Shown here: positions 1-11,606 of the stretch, in pieces
Position numbering within the stretch: position 1 is the first letter of the stretch
Layout of the letters: every line of letters begins with the position of its first letter
From: Octopus sinensis
Lineage: Eukaryota
Direction of reading: 5' to 3'
Assembly (NCBI RefSeq): GCF_006345805.1
Contig: NC_042999.1
Coordinates: forward strand, 173,290,001 to 173,354,000
DNA length: 64,000 nucleotides
Made by a program: the position numbers and the translations under genes
Notes under the pieces: model-generated
Told to the model about the DNA's origin: nothing
The model's input: the letters and a program-made list of their open reading frames with translations, nothing else
Databases searched by the model: none

Positions 1-299
1 GCACTGAATATCACGCAAATAGTTTATTAGTGTTACATAGGTAGGACTAACGCTAGATTTGTGGACATCGTATGACTAATTAATGAGAAAAGACTTACTG
101 CTAATTTGTTCATAGATTAAAGATATACACTAATTATAATTGTCATTACTATCTCTATGTACTAATTCCGAACAACCCAAACCCAGTCCATACAGGACCT
201 ACATGAACTAAGCAAGGTAGAAAGGCAGAAATTTAGAAAATAGTAATTATACTAATTAGACGGAACAAACTTACAGTGACTGACCAGGAATAGCAATAC

Positions 300-415
300 T
301 GGTTTCAAATTTTGGAAACAGGGGTCGAGTCGATAACTCCGACTCTAATGTTTAATTGGCACTTTTTTTTTATCGACTTCGAAAGGATGAAATAACAGTC
401 GCTTGGTTCAGCAAT
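300..415 (-). mobile_element. SINE family A, 3' part, degenerate
   Basis: Reverse complement CGACTGTTATTTCATCCTTTCGAAGTCGATAAA matches the GTCGACTTTGCCTTTCATCCTTTCGGGGTCGATAAA core of the other family A copies in the window. Confidence 0.6.
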
Positions 416-436
416 AGTAACATTGATAGTGTATTT

Positions 437-648
437 AAGGCGTCGAGCTGGCAGAATCGTTAGCATACTGAGCGTGCTAATGATTTAATTTGTCTGTCTT
501 AACGTTCTGTCTTCAAATTCCACTGGGCTCGACTTATCTTTCATCCTTTTTGGAAAAGAAAAACTAAGTACCACTTAAACACTGGAGTCAATGTAATCAA
601 GTTACCCGCTCCTCTGAAATTACTGGCCTTGGGTCAGAATTTGAAACC
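437..648 (+). mobile_element. SINE family A (tRNA-like head), diverged
   Basis: GAGCTGGCAGAATCGTTAGCA head, TTCAAATTCC B-box-like motif, CTTTCATCCTTT core; aligns by eye to the copies at 44122 and 56362. Confidence 0.75.
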
Positions 649-1719
649 CATATTGGTGGTACGTTTAGATTAAAACTAATAAGTTGATTTTTAGTTTTGT
701 GTAAGAAAGTACAGTACATGCAATGAAATCGTATTATTACAACATTTCTTTCGTTTATGAGATGTGATGTACACCTAATAAATACATAAGTTACAGATAT
801 ATATTCTCATTAGCTCTATACGGTTATAGTTGGCATATAAAAGAGAACGAAAATTTATACAATGTTTTTATCAGCAAGCATCCACAGAAAGTTGGTTGAA
901 GAAGTAAAATTAGTTATATTTCTATCCCTAAACTTGTAATTGTGATTGGCGTATATGCATTTAAAATTATTTCAGTTATACCCAGTGTATATATGTACAT
1001 TGCCAAGTGTGAGTACTGTTTATATTTAATATTCTAAGGCAATATTTATGCAGACACAATGATCTATTTCTACAATTGCAGAGTTCATTTACTCCATTGG
1101 ATACGTCAAGGTTGTTGTTTACTGTCGCCTTAAGATATATATTATTGGCATGAATAATAGATCAGTAAATTTATACCTATTTAGATTGTTCTAGTGGGTA
1201 TATAATCAGAGGTTAGAATTCTTGAAATTTTTATTGTTGAATCTGTGTATTATGAATTATTAATTGATATGGATTTGACCAGCTTTACAAAGTATCTCTT
1301 AAATATTTTCGAATACGAGCTGGGTATATGGAAATGCTTGTCAAAATCTTTAAAATGTTTTGCACCTATGCTGGTTGTTAAGTTTAATCCGAATTGAGAA
1401 TCAAACCAGTCCACAATTCACAAACGTAATAGCATGTAATTTTTGTTTTTGCTGGTACTTGTTCGAGTGGGTCTATAGGTAAGATGAGCGTTTAAGTTTA
1501 TCAGTTCGATATTTCACAACAAACGCATTTTTATACCTTGGCCTATAAGATTCTATATTATAACTGTGATCTGGGAGTTTGAACACAAGTAATTGCTTTC
1601 ATATTGTCCTCTGTACTTGAGCTATTATTCCTACATGTAGTTAGGTTATTATTGTTAACAGTTTCTCCATGTAATTTACACAGAATTTTTATCATCAATA
1701 TCACCATTATTATATTTTT

Positions 1720-2320
1720 ATTGTTATAATTGTATAAAAACTCACAGCTTATTTTGCTGGGTATTATGAAACCTTACAGCTGTCCGCAGCCAGCAGACTA
1801 AGGTGACACTTGTTTAGTGGTCATGCTTCAAGAAACCCGCGGAGAATTCTTACAATTCGAAGCAATGCTGATTTTTGTAGGTTCTACATTCACACTTGCA
1901 CCAATGTTCTTCAGCCATGCTGGTATTTGAGTGCTGATACTTCCATGTGCACAAATTACTATTGTTATCACGTCTACTCTCTTCATTGACAACAACCTTC
2001 GTATTCCTCACTTCAAATCGTCATAGTTGTTTATTTTTCTTCTTTTACACTGATCCTGCTGTCACTGGGGCATGCAATGTCGATTATGATACATGTTATT
2101 TCCTTTTTATTCATCACAACAATGTCCGGCTTCCGATGTCTGGTCAGGTGATCGCACTGGATCATTGCATCCCACAGGATATTGTAATTCTCATTTTTGG
2201 TGACTCCTTCTTGAATTTTCTTATACCATGTCTTTGCTCTTTGTAGAGCGTGATTTCCACAGAGCTTCCAATGGATCGTTCTTGCCACATTGTCATGGCG
2301 CAAATTCATTTTTGTTGCAA
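1720..2320 (-). mobile_element. R4/Dong-clade non-LTR retrotransposon, 3' fragment (RLE endonuclease domain), pseudogenised
   Basis: Minus-strand translation RHDNVARTIHWKLC...LWDAMIQCDHLTRHRKPDIVV...IIDIACPSDSRISVKEEK fits the RHD/PD..D/KE.EK motifs of RLE LINEs; 5' end abuts a (TAC/TGC)n tract. Confidence 0.85.
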
Positions 2321-2379
2321 GTAGTAGTAGTAATAGTAGTAGTAGTAATAGTTGTAGTAGTAATAGTTGTAGTAGTAGT

Positions 2380-2446
<67 letters not shown>
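2320..2446. repeat. Compound (GTA)n/(GCA)n microsatellite
   Basis: Directly visible. Confidence 0.95.
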
Positions 2447-2616
2447 TATTACAGCTGTTATAATATAGTATACCTTTGTATTTATTCCTATCTATGTTAT
2501 TGTGGTTAGTATAGATGTTATAAATAATATATATATAGTCAATTAAACAAACAATAACAGACAACAATAAGATGTACACAACAATATTATTTGATGCTCA
2601 GTGAGAAAAGAGAGTT

Positions 2617-2649
2617 TTTGATGTTTCGAGCATAGCTCTTCGTCAGAAA
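2617..2649 (-). ncRNA. Degenerate minimal hammerhead ribozyme motif (extra-A type)
   Basis: Minus strand TTT CTGACGA A GAGC TAT GCTC GAA ACAT C AAA: canonical core, 4-bp stem II, stem III ACAT (probably a CpG-decayed ACGT palindrome), 3-bp stem I. Confidence 0.55.
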
Positions 2650-3433
2650 GAAGAAAGGGAAAAGTCCAAAGAAAGAAAGGAAATCGCCAATCGCACATGT
2701 GTAGTTATATTATATATATTTGACTTCCAATACTCACCTGGGTAAATCAATAGCCTAGTTATACACAGGTGTAACAACAGGCGGTTTGTCTTAGATAAAA
2801 ACACATTCATTCTGCAATTATTCGGTATTCCGCATCTAAAGTTTTTCAAATTACAGATTTGTGATGCTAACGACTCAAGCTATTGACTGGAATTTATATA
2901 AACAAAGAACTACTTGAAAACGCGCGATTGCATTAAAACAGCATTCTCTGCAGAGATATTAAAAAACAACAACCAGAATAATATTTCAAAGAAAAATGAG
3001 AAAAATAGGTTGAGTAATAAGAGTATACAGAGATGTTGCAGATGGCTGGTGGGTGAAAGTATGAGATTGCTAAGCAGGAGTCTTTCAGTAAGAAATTTAA
3101 TGAATGTTTAAGGACTTAAACAGTAAGCAAGACATGTTAACTCAGTATTTGAAGTGACATCTTGAGTTTATATTTAAATATTAGCTTGAGCCAGTGAGAT
3201 TTCCATGCAGATAAGATAATGGGACCCAAAGGTATTTAGCTTCGTGGGAGGAAAAAGAATATCAGTTGAATATTGGCTTCAGACAGGTCAATAATATTTT
3301 AGTAGCTAGTGTGACCACTTAGGAAAAGTTCGAAAGAAAGCTATGCAGAAAATACATATGTTATATATACACATATATATGTATAATGTACATCTGTTCA
3401 TACATAAAATATATACGTATATGTTGAAAAAAA

Positions 3434-3485
<52 letters not shown>

Positions 3486-4539
3486 AATCTATATGCACAC
3501 ACATGGGTGCACGCACATACATAAACATATATTTCCCTATCGAGACTACACTAGAAGATACTCACCAAATTGCTGCATCCTGATATCGAACGTTTGCCGT
3601 TTCGAAATGAAATTGTTAACCACTCGCAAATGGCAGTCTATTTGCATATTAATTACTAAAATAAATTTTTTCACGCCTATAACATTGCTGGGTTGTAGAT
3701 AATTTGTTGAGTATCAGCACTTTAACAATATTTTCGAATTTAAAAGTCAAGTTGTTAGTCGGATAGGGTAGATTTCCTATGGTTGTTGTTGCTTACATTG
3801 CATTTATTAGGTACGATTCTAAAGTGGTCTCCTCCATCTTCTGATAGTAAAAGTGGGCAATTCAATTAAAGAGATAATTAGTTTAGGTGATTGAGTTTCA
3901 TTCATGTAATTAAATATATAATTAGTTCCGACCAATTTTGTATTACGATAGTAAGAATGGAAAATAATTATTAATTAAAGCTGTATTAGAACGATGGAAG
4001 TAATATTTATAGACAGCTTCCACCCTTGTTATTAACTTTGTTCCTATTAAGCATCGATGGCATTTATCTTGTGTGATCTTCATTTCGTTAATATCCTACA
4101 AAATAACTGAGGCCAGAACATAACGAGCCTTATTTAGCTTTCTTTCATATCTGCCAGCATTTGGCAAAGGAATATTTTCAGTTCCAGTTAAAATGTCAAC
4201 CATAAGATGAATATTTAATCAACCAGCTGAACGTTGCCAAAATTCGCATATTTCGGAGCAACCATGCAGGTCCGTCTACATTTCATGAAATCAAATCAAG
4301 TGAGAAGCATTTTATAAGTGGGAAGTAAGCGATCGTCAAGACGAATTGTGACACACTTCCATCGCCCACCTGACATGGAGCCATGAATTTCGTATGGCTT
4401 ATTTCAATCATCAAAAAATATAAGGCTTTTGTGATTTGTACAATTATACACAGAATTGTCGAACTAGACTCTAAGCAATTAATTGTAGATTTATCTTGTG
4501 CTAGTTAACACCAAATTTGGAACACCTAGCAGAGCTGTT

Positions 4540-4574
<35 letters not shown>

Positions 4575-6639
4575 CTATTTTTTTTAAACTGTAAATGAAA
4601 TAGGCAGTCTGATAAAATAAAGGCTGTGCATGCAGAAGTTGTGTATGCAAAAGATTGGTTTCTTACATAGGCGCTGACAATACATTTCAGTAATACTGTA
4701 GTATCAACTGATTCCATTCCACTCTTCTAATGAAGTTTATAGCATCTATTTTAGGAATGTGGAAGAAGAAACAAGAGAAGTCTTACAAAAGACATTCTAT
4801 TATTTAATTATATTCCCTATCATGAAACCTGCTTTACCTTCCATTCTTTTGGAGTTAATAAATGATGCATTAGGTATGTATTGTACTTGATTAAATTTAC
4901 TATAAATATCTTTGAAACATTTGTAGCCTTCTGCCCAATAAGAAATCGATAATTATTAGTTTGTGATATCAGCACAAGATCAATTTATTTCAGGAGGAGG
5001 AATGGTTAAATCCTTTCAATCAAGGATCTTATAATATTGGCCACAAATGGCGAATAGAAATTAAACTAGACTCCTAAGTGATTGAACCCCCAAATATCTT
5101 TCAATGTTATACTCACTCTACATATAGCGATCAACATAATTGCTTTCTTTCGTAGTCAGAAATATACATAGATAACAGCTACACGAGTCAATTTTATGAC
5201 GTATCTGTTTTTATTAAGGGAATTTATTAGACCTCCATATAGAACTGACATCATGTTTGAGACGTGCTTCTTTTGTTGTATCCTAACTGTCAATACTCGT
5301 GATAAGCCGTGCATACTTAACTATTAGTATCTTAATTATAAGTAAAGTTTGCATCGCAAAGTAGTGCGCTTCAGAGTCATATTGTTAGAGAAGCGCTTAA
5401 ATCTTTGCATGGAGATTAACATATGTCATGCAGATTACTTTAATCTTTTGACATGTCAAGGCAGCCAAGTTTCATCAAGGAAGTATTTTAAAAAGCAGAT
5501 TATGGATATCTTGACATAGTCACGTCTTCATACTCCAGCAGAAAAGTTGTTAGAACTAACTGTAATACTGTAACTAAATGATGGACTGAATGGAAATATA
5601 TGTTATGTCCGGGATTATAACTGGTAATCCAAAGGTTCTCAGGCAAGGATTATAGAAACAAAGCAAAACAAAATTTCCTTAAAATCTAAGTTTATTCCAT
5701 GTTCTTAAAATGTCATGAAAGAAACAAATGCTTCTGAGATGAAATCAAAGAATTATTAAATCTTAAGTATAGAGGGGTAAGTGAAACATTGCATATGAAC
5801 ATAATCTGGTGTTGCTCGAAATATATTTACTTCACCTAAGAAATTTCTTAAGATTGATATTTAATATTCCCTACTATTCATTGAACTATTTTTCTTTGAA
5901 ATGCTTCTGCATCGCTTAAAGCATCTTCTGTGATAATCACTTCCTGCTGGCCTACTTGAAAAAAAAATGATATTCCTATTTACTATTAGATCAAATTAAA
6001 GTAACTGGGGATATCAGTTAATCAAATAATTATATGCAGCTTGATACGTCAATAATCTCATAATTTTTGTATCATATGTCTGAATGGACTGTTAGTTATT
6101 TCTCTAATCAAAACTGATGTAAACACACCTGTTTTATATTTAGATATCTTCGAGCTTAACAGATTTCAACAACTAATTTATTATTTTATAACGAAATATA
6201 ATTGCTGTCAACTAAACGACCATAGATCTAATTATTTGTAATCTATTTATTTGTCATTTGTTTTATAAAATTTTGCCGGTTATCACTCTAACGATAGGAA
6301 AAACATTGCCATAGAATACAAAATAAATTATAAAATGATACCGCTGTACTACAGTAACTAAACATGGGAAAACTTTATTCAAAATATGAATTAATTTACA
6401 GAAGAGTATTCATGGGTAGAGGAACAAACGTTAGAAAAGAAATAGATATTCAAAATAGATATCGGCCCAGTACGGTGATATGGCAAAAGTCAGACGGAAT
6501 GTATTTATTCTATTAATTGTTCCCGTTCCTAATAGGCATTTTGATTTTTGGACATTAAGCCTAATAATGATGCGGAAACACTTCACCGCTATGTGTATTG
6601 ACAAGACATTCCGTGGTAAATATTCGTGGTAGGTCAACA

Positions 6640-8372
6640 GTCACGGGATAACTTTTCTTTACCCCACCAAACGCTTCCGGTTTTTCCTTTCGTCGGGTGC
6701 GCTTTTCTTTGATGGCAAGTTCCTGTTTCTCTTCTCATCGCTGTCTCCACTTTCACGGTATTTGTCTCCAGCGTGGTCTATCATATGCGACCTCCTCCGC
6801 CAATATTTATCTTGCAAACATTCTTGAAAGGAATATGAAGTCGTTCTCGTGATCTTGTGCCGGTGGCAAAATTGCCATCCAAGGGGTCTTTTGGGATCCT
6901 CCAGTCCGGCATGCGATGTTTATGACCAATCCAGCATAGACGGTGCAGTTTGAGCAGGGCGAATGTGAATATACTGGATATCTTGGTGCAGCTCCTAAGT
7001 ATGATTTTCTTGATGATCTTTGGTGGGATGACGTCCAAACCCGGTGCTTATCCAATAGGCAAGACACAATTGGCTCTGCTCAGTTCTTCATCAGTTTTTT
7101 CACGGTGTCTAGCATGCTGTCTGAGGTGTTTTCCTTAGCGCAGAGATCGGAATAATGCTCCACCCATCTCTCCAGCTACTCTCTTTAGCCCTGGATGATT
7201 CACCCCGCTTCTGGATTGGGCCGATAGCATTATTGATACCATCAGACATACCGCGAAAGCTAACCATGACAAACCACAGTTCGATATCTTCACATAGTTT
7301 TAACCAGTAGTCATGTGTACATTTTGTCTCCTACATGTTGTTCCTTGCTGACTTTAATGCTTACAGCGTTCCCTAGTGGGTTGCTGTTTGTGCTTCAGCA
7401 GGGCAGCATGCTTTTTCTCCATGGGCGTATTGAACTCTTTCACACTCGCTTCAAACCAGTCTTGTGTTATTTTCCTCCTCCTCCCAAAGGCTCTCAGGGC
7501 AGTGCTAGGGATGGTGTTCCTCAGAGGGTTCCTTTTCTGCTGAAAATTGCTTTCCGGTGGGTCTGTAAGAGGGCGCCTTAGGATGCAGTAGTATTGATAA
7601 GCTACTTGCCTTGAGGCATGGGCCAGTGCATCCTTTTTGGTTTGAGTTTGAGATTACAGAAAACCGAGGAGTGGTCTGTGTCACAGTCAGCGATGTGAAA
7701 GGGCTGAGTCACGAGTACATTCCTCGGGGGGTTACGTCTTGTGATGATCAGATCTAGCTGTTGCCAATGTTCTGAGTGAGAGTAACGCCGAGAAACCCTG
7801 TGTTGAGATTTGGTCTTTAAATACGTATGCATGGCACATGGTCCATGGAGCATACAGAGCTCAGGCAGTTGTTGCCAATTTTCATTCATGTTATCAACCC
7901 AAATATCCTGGACAGGAATCGTAATCAGCTCCCACTCTGGCGCTGAAGTCGCCAAGTAGCACCACCTATCTCTATTGGGGATCACCTGTATTTTCCTAGA
8001 AACTGATCGTAGAACTTATCTTTCGATTCTTGTGTGGAATAGAGCGTTAGGACATAAGCATTGATAAGGTTGACAAGCTCATCAGAAGTGTGCAGTTGGA
8101 GTGAGAGTATACCTTGTTCCTATGCCAATCATGTGCAGGCTTAAACCCGTAGACTACTGCTTTCCGCGTTTTATCGCCGCGTTGTTAGACGTCGGTGGAG
8201 TGTCTTCTATAGGTCCGGGCAGTTTTTCATGGGAGGTCGGGAGTTGTCCATGCATCACGACTCCCCCCTCTCCATCGCCATGAGTTTTACGCAAGGGAAC
8301 AGCGGGGACCAATACGACTTGACACCAGGGGCCCGCAGAAGTTGGCAGAACAAAGTTATCTACAGCATAGAA
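6640..8372 (-). mobile_element. RTE-clade LINE, internally deleted remnant (putative 5'UTR, APE endonuclease, linker, C-terminus; RT core missing)
   Basis: Minus-strand segments ILSLQLHTSDELVNLINAY...SKDKFYDQ, NMNENWQQLPELC...QQLDLIITRR...ADCDTDHS (APE) and LHRLCWIGHKHRMPDWRIPKD...DRPRWR (RTE C-terminus); many stops and frameshifts. Confidence 0.85.
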
Positions 8373-8425
<53 letters not shown>

Positions 8426-8427
8426 TA

Positions 8428-8768
8428 CGCGCAGGAATAGGTGTGCGGTAAGTAGTACTGAGTGACACCTTGGGCAAATGTATTCTTCTCTAGCCTCAGT
8501 CCCATCAAGGCCCTGTGAGTGGATTTGGTAGACGGGAAATGAAAGAAACCCATGTGTGTCTGGTTGTGTGTTTGTGTGTCTGTGTTTATCCCCACTCCAT
8601 CGCTTGGCAACCGATGTTGGAATGATTTCGTCCACGTATCTTAGCGGTTCGGCCAAAGTGACGATAGAATAAGGACTAGACTTACAAATAATCATGTGGT
8701 CGATTTGTTCAACCTAAGGCGGTGCTCTAGCATGGCCGCAGTCAAATGACTGAAACAAATAAAAGAGC
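8428..8768 (+). mobile_element. SINE family B (tRNA head, CORE-like box, CR1-type tail), head partly deleted
   Basis: GCGCAGGA head, CACCTTGGGCAA box, tail GGCGGTGCTCTAGCATGGCCGCAGTCAAATGACTGAAACAA shared with other copies. Confidence 0.85.
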
Positions 8769-8972
8769 AGAAGTGTAAAAGAGGGAATACGTTTATCAAT
8801 TCGTTCTGCAAGATTCCTGACGTGAAATCGTGTGTTGAAACAGATATTGTTGTATTTGAGGACGGTAATTTTATTTACTATTTATGTATTTGCCAAATAA
8901 ACACACGCACTATATTTTGTTTTCTCCACTCGTTTATTACTTTTATTTTATCATTTTAACGCTTGTCCATTG

Positions 8973-9014
8973 ACCGGAAATCTTTCGTCACACAACTGTG
9001 AGCTCTTCAGCGAC
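8973..9014 (-). ncRNA. Partly degenerate minimal hammerhead ribozyme motif
   Basis: Minus strand GTCG CTGAAGA GCTCACAGTTGTGTGAC GAA AGATTT C CGGT: canonical core, 6-bp stem II with one bulge, near-palindromic stem III, stem I with two G.U pairs. Confidence 0.55.
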
Positions 9015-9335
9015 ACTTTACGTTTGTGTGTGTGCTCTTGCTCCAATCAATCCATTCTGTTCTTCTAAGATGTGTGTGTGTGTGTGTTTGTTGTCTGTGT
9101 TTGTCTCATAGATTTTAGCAGCAGTATGGCCTTCCTTTCAGCCCCAATCACTCAGCCAGAGATTTTGAGGGATATGAGTTCGAGTCCCATCGCGGTTAGT
9201 TGACAAATTTTCCCTCTTAGAATGGGTAATTTACCCTATATTGCTGCTATACTGACGGTAATTTTGCTTTCGAAAGAAAGAAATGAATTAATTTGTATTA
9301 TTCAATACACATTTCTATACTTATAATTATAAATG

Positions 9336-9369
<34 letters not shown>

Positions 9370-9953
9370 TCAATAATTACCGAGCGGGAGAAACAATTAA
9401 TTCTTGCAGGCGATCCTACTGGCAATAAATTTGGGTGTGGTGAAGTTATCTCCCTTACATTGATTCCAGTAAAACATAAAACCGGGTCAGCTTATAGTCA
9501 ATTGATTTTCCGAAATCAATAAATAGATAATTCCATGTTCGTAACATGAATTCCCTTTCATGGAGGCATCTATTGTGGAATTAATCGTTAAGTAAACTAT
9601 AGAACGTGCTTAAGGCATCAAGGAAAAAGGGGCACAGGAAAAAGGGTAGATAGTTTACGGTACATCAAACTTGCCACAATAATGTTCGGGATACCTTATC
9701 TCAAACTAAGTATAGAAATAGATATGTTACGTGAGATTAATTTTCAGGAGCTGATCACAGACTGCAATACCCAAATGCAGGAGAAAACTTTTCAAATATA
9801 AGTGAAGTGGAAGTATACAAAAATAAACATTTTCCATTTTACTGTTAGTTTTCATTCATTTACAAATGTAAAAATTTATACTGTTTTATTATTGTTTATA
9901 TTTTAAATTACATATATATGGGGGCACCAGGTATATATAATTATATATAAATT

Positions 9954-9988
<35 letters not shown>

Positions 9989-10179
9989 GAGAGAGAGAGA
10001 GGGGTGTCACTAAAGTAACTAAAGGTGCTGGTCAGCACCACTAATGCTAGAAATGAGAGTCAAAACAATTTATAACCGAACACAAATTGCGAATAATCTA
10101 CCTTTACTATATATATATATATATATGAAAAAACAAGTAAAAAATAGAAAATGCTAAAATAATTTTATAGTGAACATTT

Positions 10180-10217
10180 CAGTACCGGTTTCGGTCATTT
10201 TGAGACCTTTTCAACTG
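10180..10217 (-). ncRNA. Minimal type I hammerhead ribozyme, U3-A8 core variant
   Basis: Minus strand CAG TTGAAAA GGTC TCAAAAT GACC GAA ACCGGT A CTG: stem I CAG/CTG, stem II GGTC/GACC, palindromic stem III ACCGGT, GUA cleavage triplet. Confidence 0.75.
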
Positions 10218-10579
10218 TAACGATTAAATAATAAATTTAGAAAATTAGAAGAAAAGTTTTTTTTAAAAGAATATTTCTATAGTAGTGTTCAGATTTAAGT
10301 GGCATTCTGCCTTTCTCTGACTTCCCTTGTTTGCACTTGTGTGTTCGAGGTAGTTGTGAGCTCTTGGTAGGGTAGTAGAGAGAAGGCTGGTGAGGAAAGA
10401 GGAGGGGGTGGAGAGAATCTGGGAGTGCCCTGATGGTCGTATTTTGAATGGTCAGTGGCGGCTGGCAGTCTCAGTTCAATTCAGGAGAATATTTATATTG
10501 ACAGGCTTCTTTATAGAATTAGCGTAGGTGTTACTACTAAAAACATTAGTGACAACTTAAGGGGTATGGGGTGGAGAAA

Positions 10580-10845
10580 AGAAGAAGAAGAAGAAGAAGA
10601 AGAAGAAGAAGAAGAAGAGGAGAAGGAGAAGGAGAATGACGATGATGGTGATGGTGGTGATGATTATGACGACGATGATGATGATGATAACGAGATGATG
10701 AAGAAGAAGAAGAAGAAGAGAAGAAGAAGGAGGAGAAGGAGAAGATGGTGGTGATGATGGTGGCGATGATGATGATGCCGATGATGATGATAACGATGAT
10801 GATGAAGAAGAAGAGGAAGAAGAAGAAGAAGAAAAAACAGAGAAG
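10580..10845. repeat. Compound (GAA)n/(GAT)n/(GGT)n microsatellite
   Basis: Directly visible. Confidence 0.95.
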
Positions 10846-11561
10846 GGAGAATATGAATGTAAATATAGCTATGAAGGGGGCTGATTAGTAATGGATTCTA
10901 TTGAGTGTAGTATTTGTGTGTGATATATATATTTTTTTCTTTTATTCTAAAGTTGAGGTATATTAATTGTTTGTCGTAGACCCGTTAAGAAGTGGCTTGT
11001 ATTTTGTAAAAAGAGATTTTCTTTATTATTCGTGTCTCGAGGTTGTATCGTCCCTAAATTGGTAGAGGGGGAAAATTCTGAAGTTTGGTGTTTTTTTGTT
11101 GGCGCAAGTATCTATGTGTTGGCTAAAAGCTATTTTTCTGTTTGGGGAATTTTTATCTGGGATCTGTGCAGGGCCATTCGTTTACGGCAAACCATTTTTG
11201 TTTGGCCTATGACTGCTCTTGACACCCGAGAGCAGGTTAGTGAGTATATTAGGTTCTCGAAGACATGTGAAGTTGCTTTTCACTGTAAAACGTTGTCCCT
11301 GTTTGAAGGAGAATCAGACCCCTCGATTAGATAGTCGCATATCCCGCAATTGGGTCTTCCCCATTTTTTTAATGTCGGCTTCTGTGTTGAAGAGTGAATT
11401 CGGGCTTGTGTAAGGAGACTTTTCATGGATCTAGGCTGTCTTTTGTTTTATGATCGTGTGTGTTTGGAGATTGTGTTCATTCTGTGTCTTTTTTTAGGAG
11501 GGGTATGTTGTGGAGGATGGTGTCGAAGGCTTCGTTATTGAGAGGGTTGTGTGTGGAGGGT

Positions 11562-11606
<45 letters not shown>

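Larger units (their letters stand above)
9990..11565 (-). mobile_element. Penelope-like element remnant: GIY-YIG endonuclease end (about 10960-11565) plus downstream terminal-repeat-like region interrupted by (GAA)/(GAT) repeats
   Basis: Minus-strand frameshifted translation GRPNCGICDYL...FKQGQRFTVKSNFTC...NLIYSLTC...IGQT...RMALHRSQIK...SQHIDTCA...KENLF...YKPLLN fits the PLE GIY-YIG C-terminus; a hammerhead motif lies downstream in the same orientation. Assignment of 9990-10580 to the same element is inference. Confidence 0.75.
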
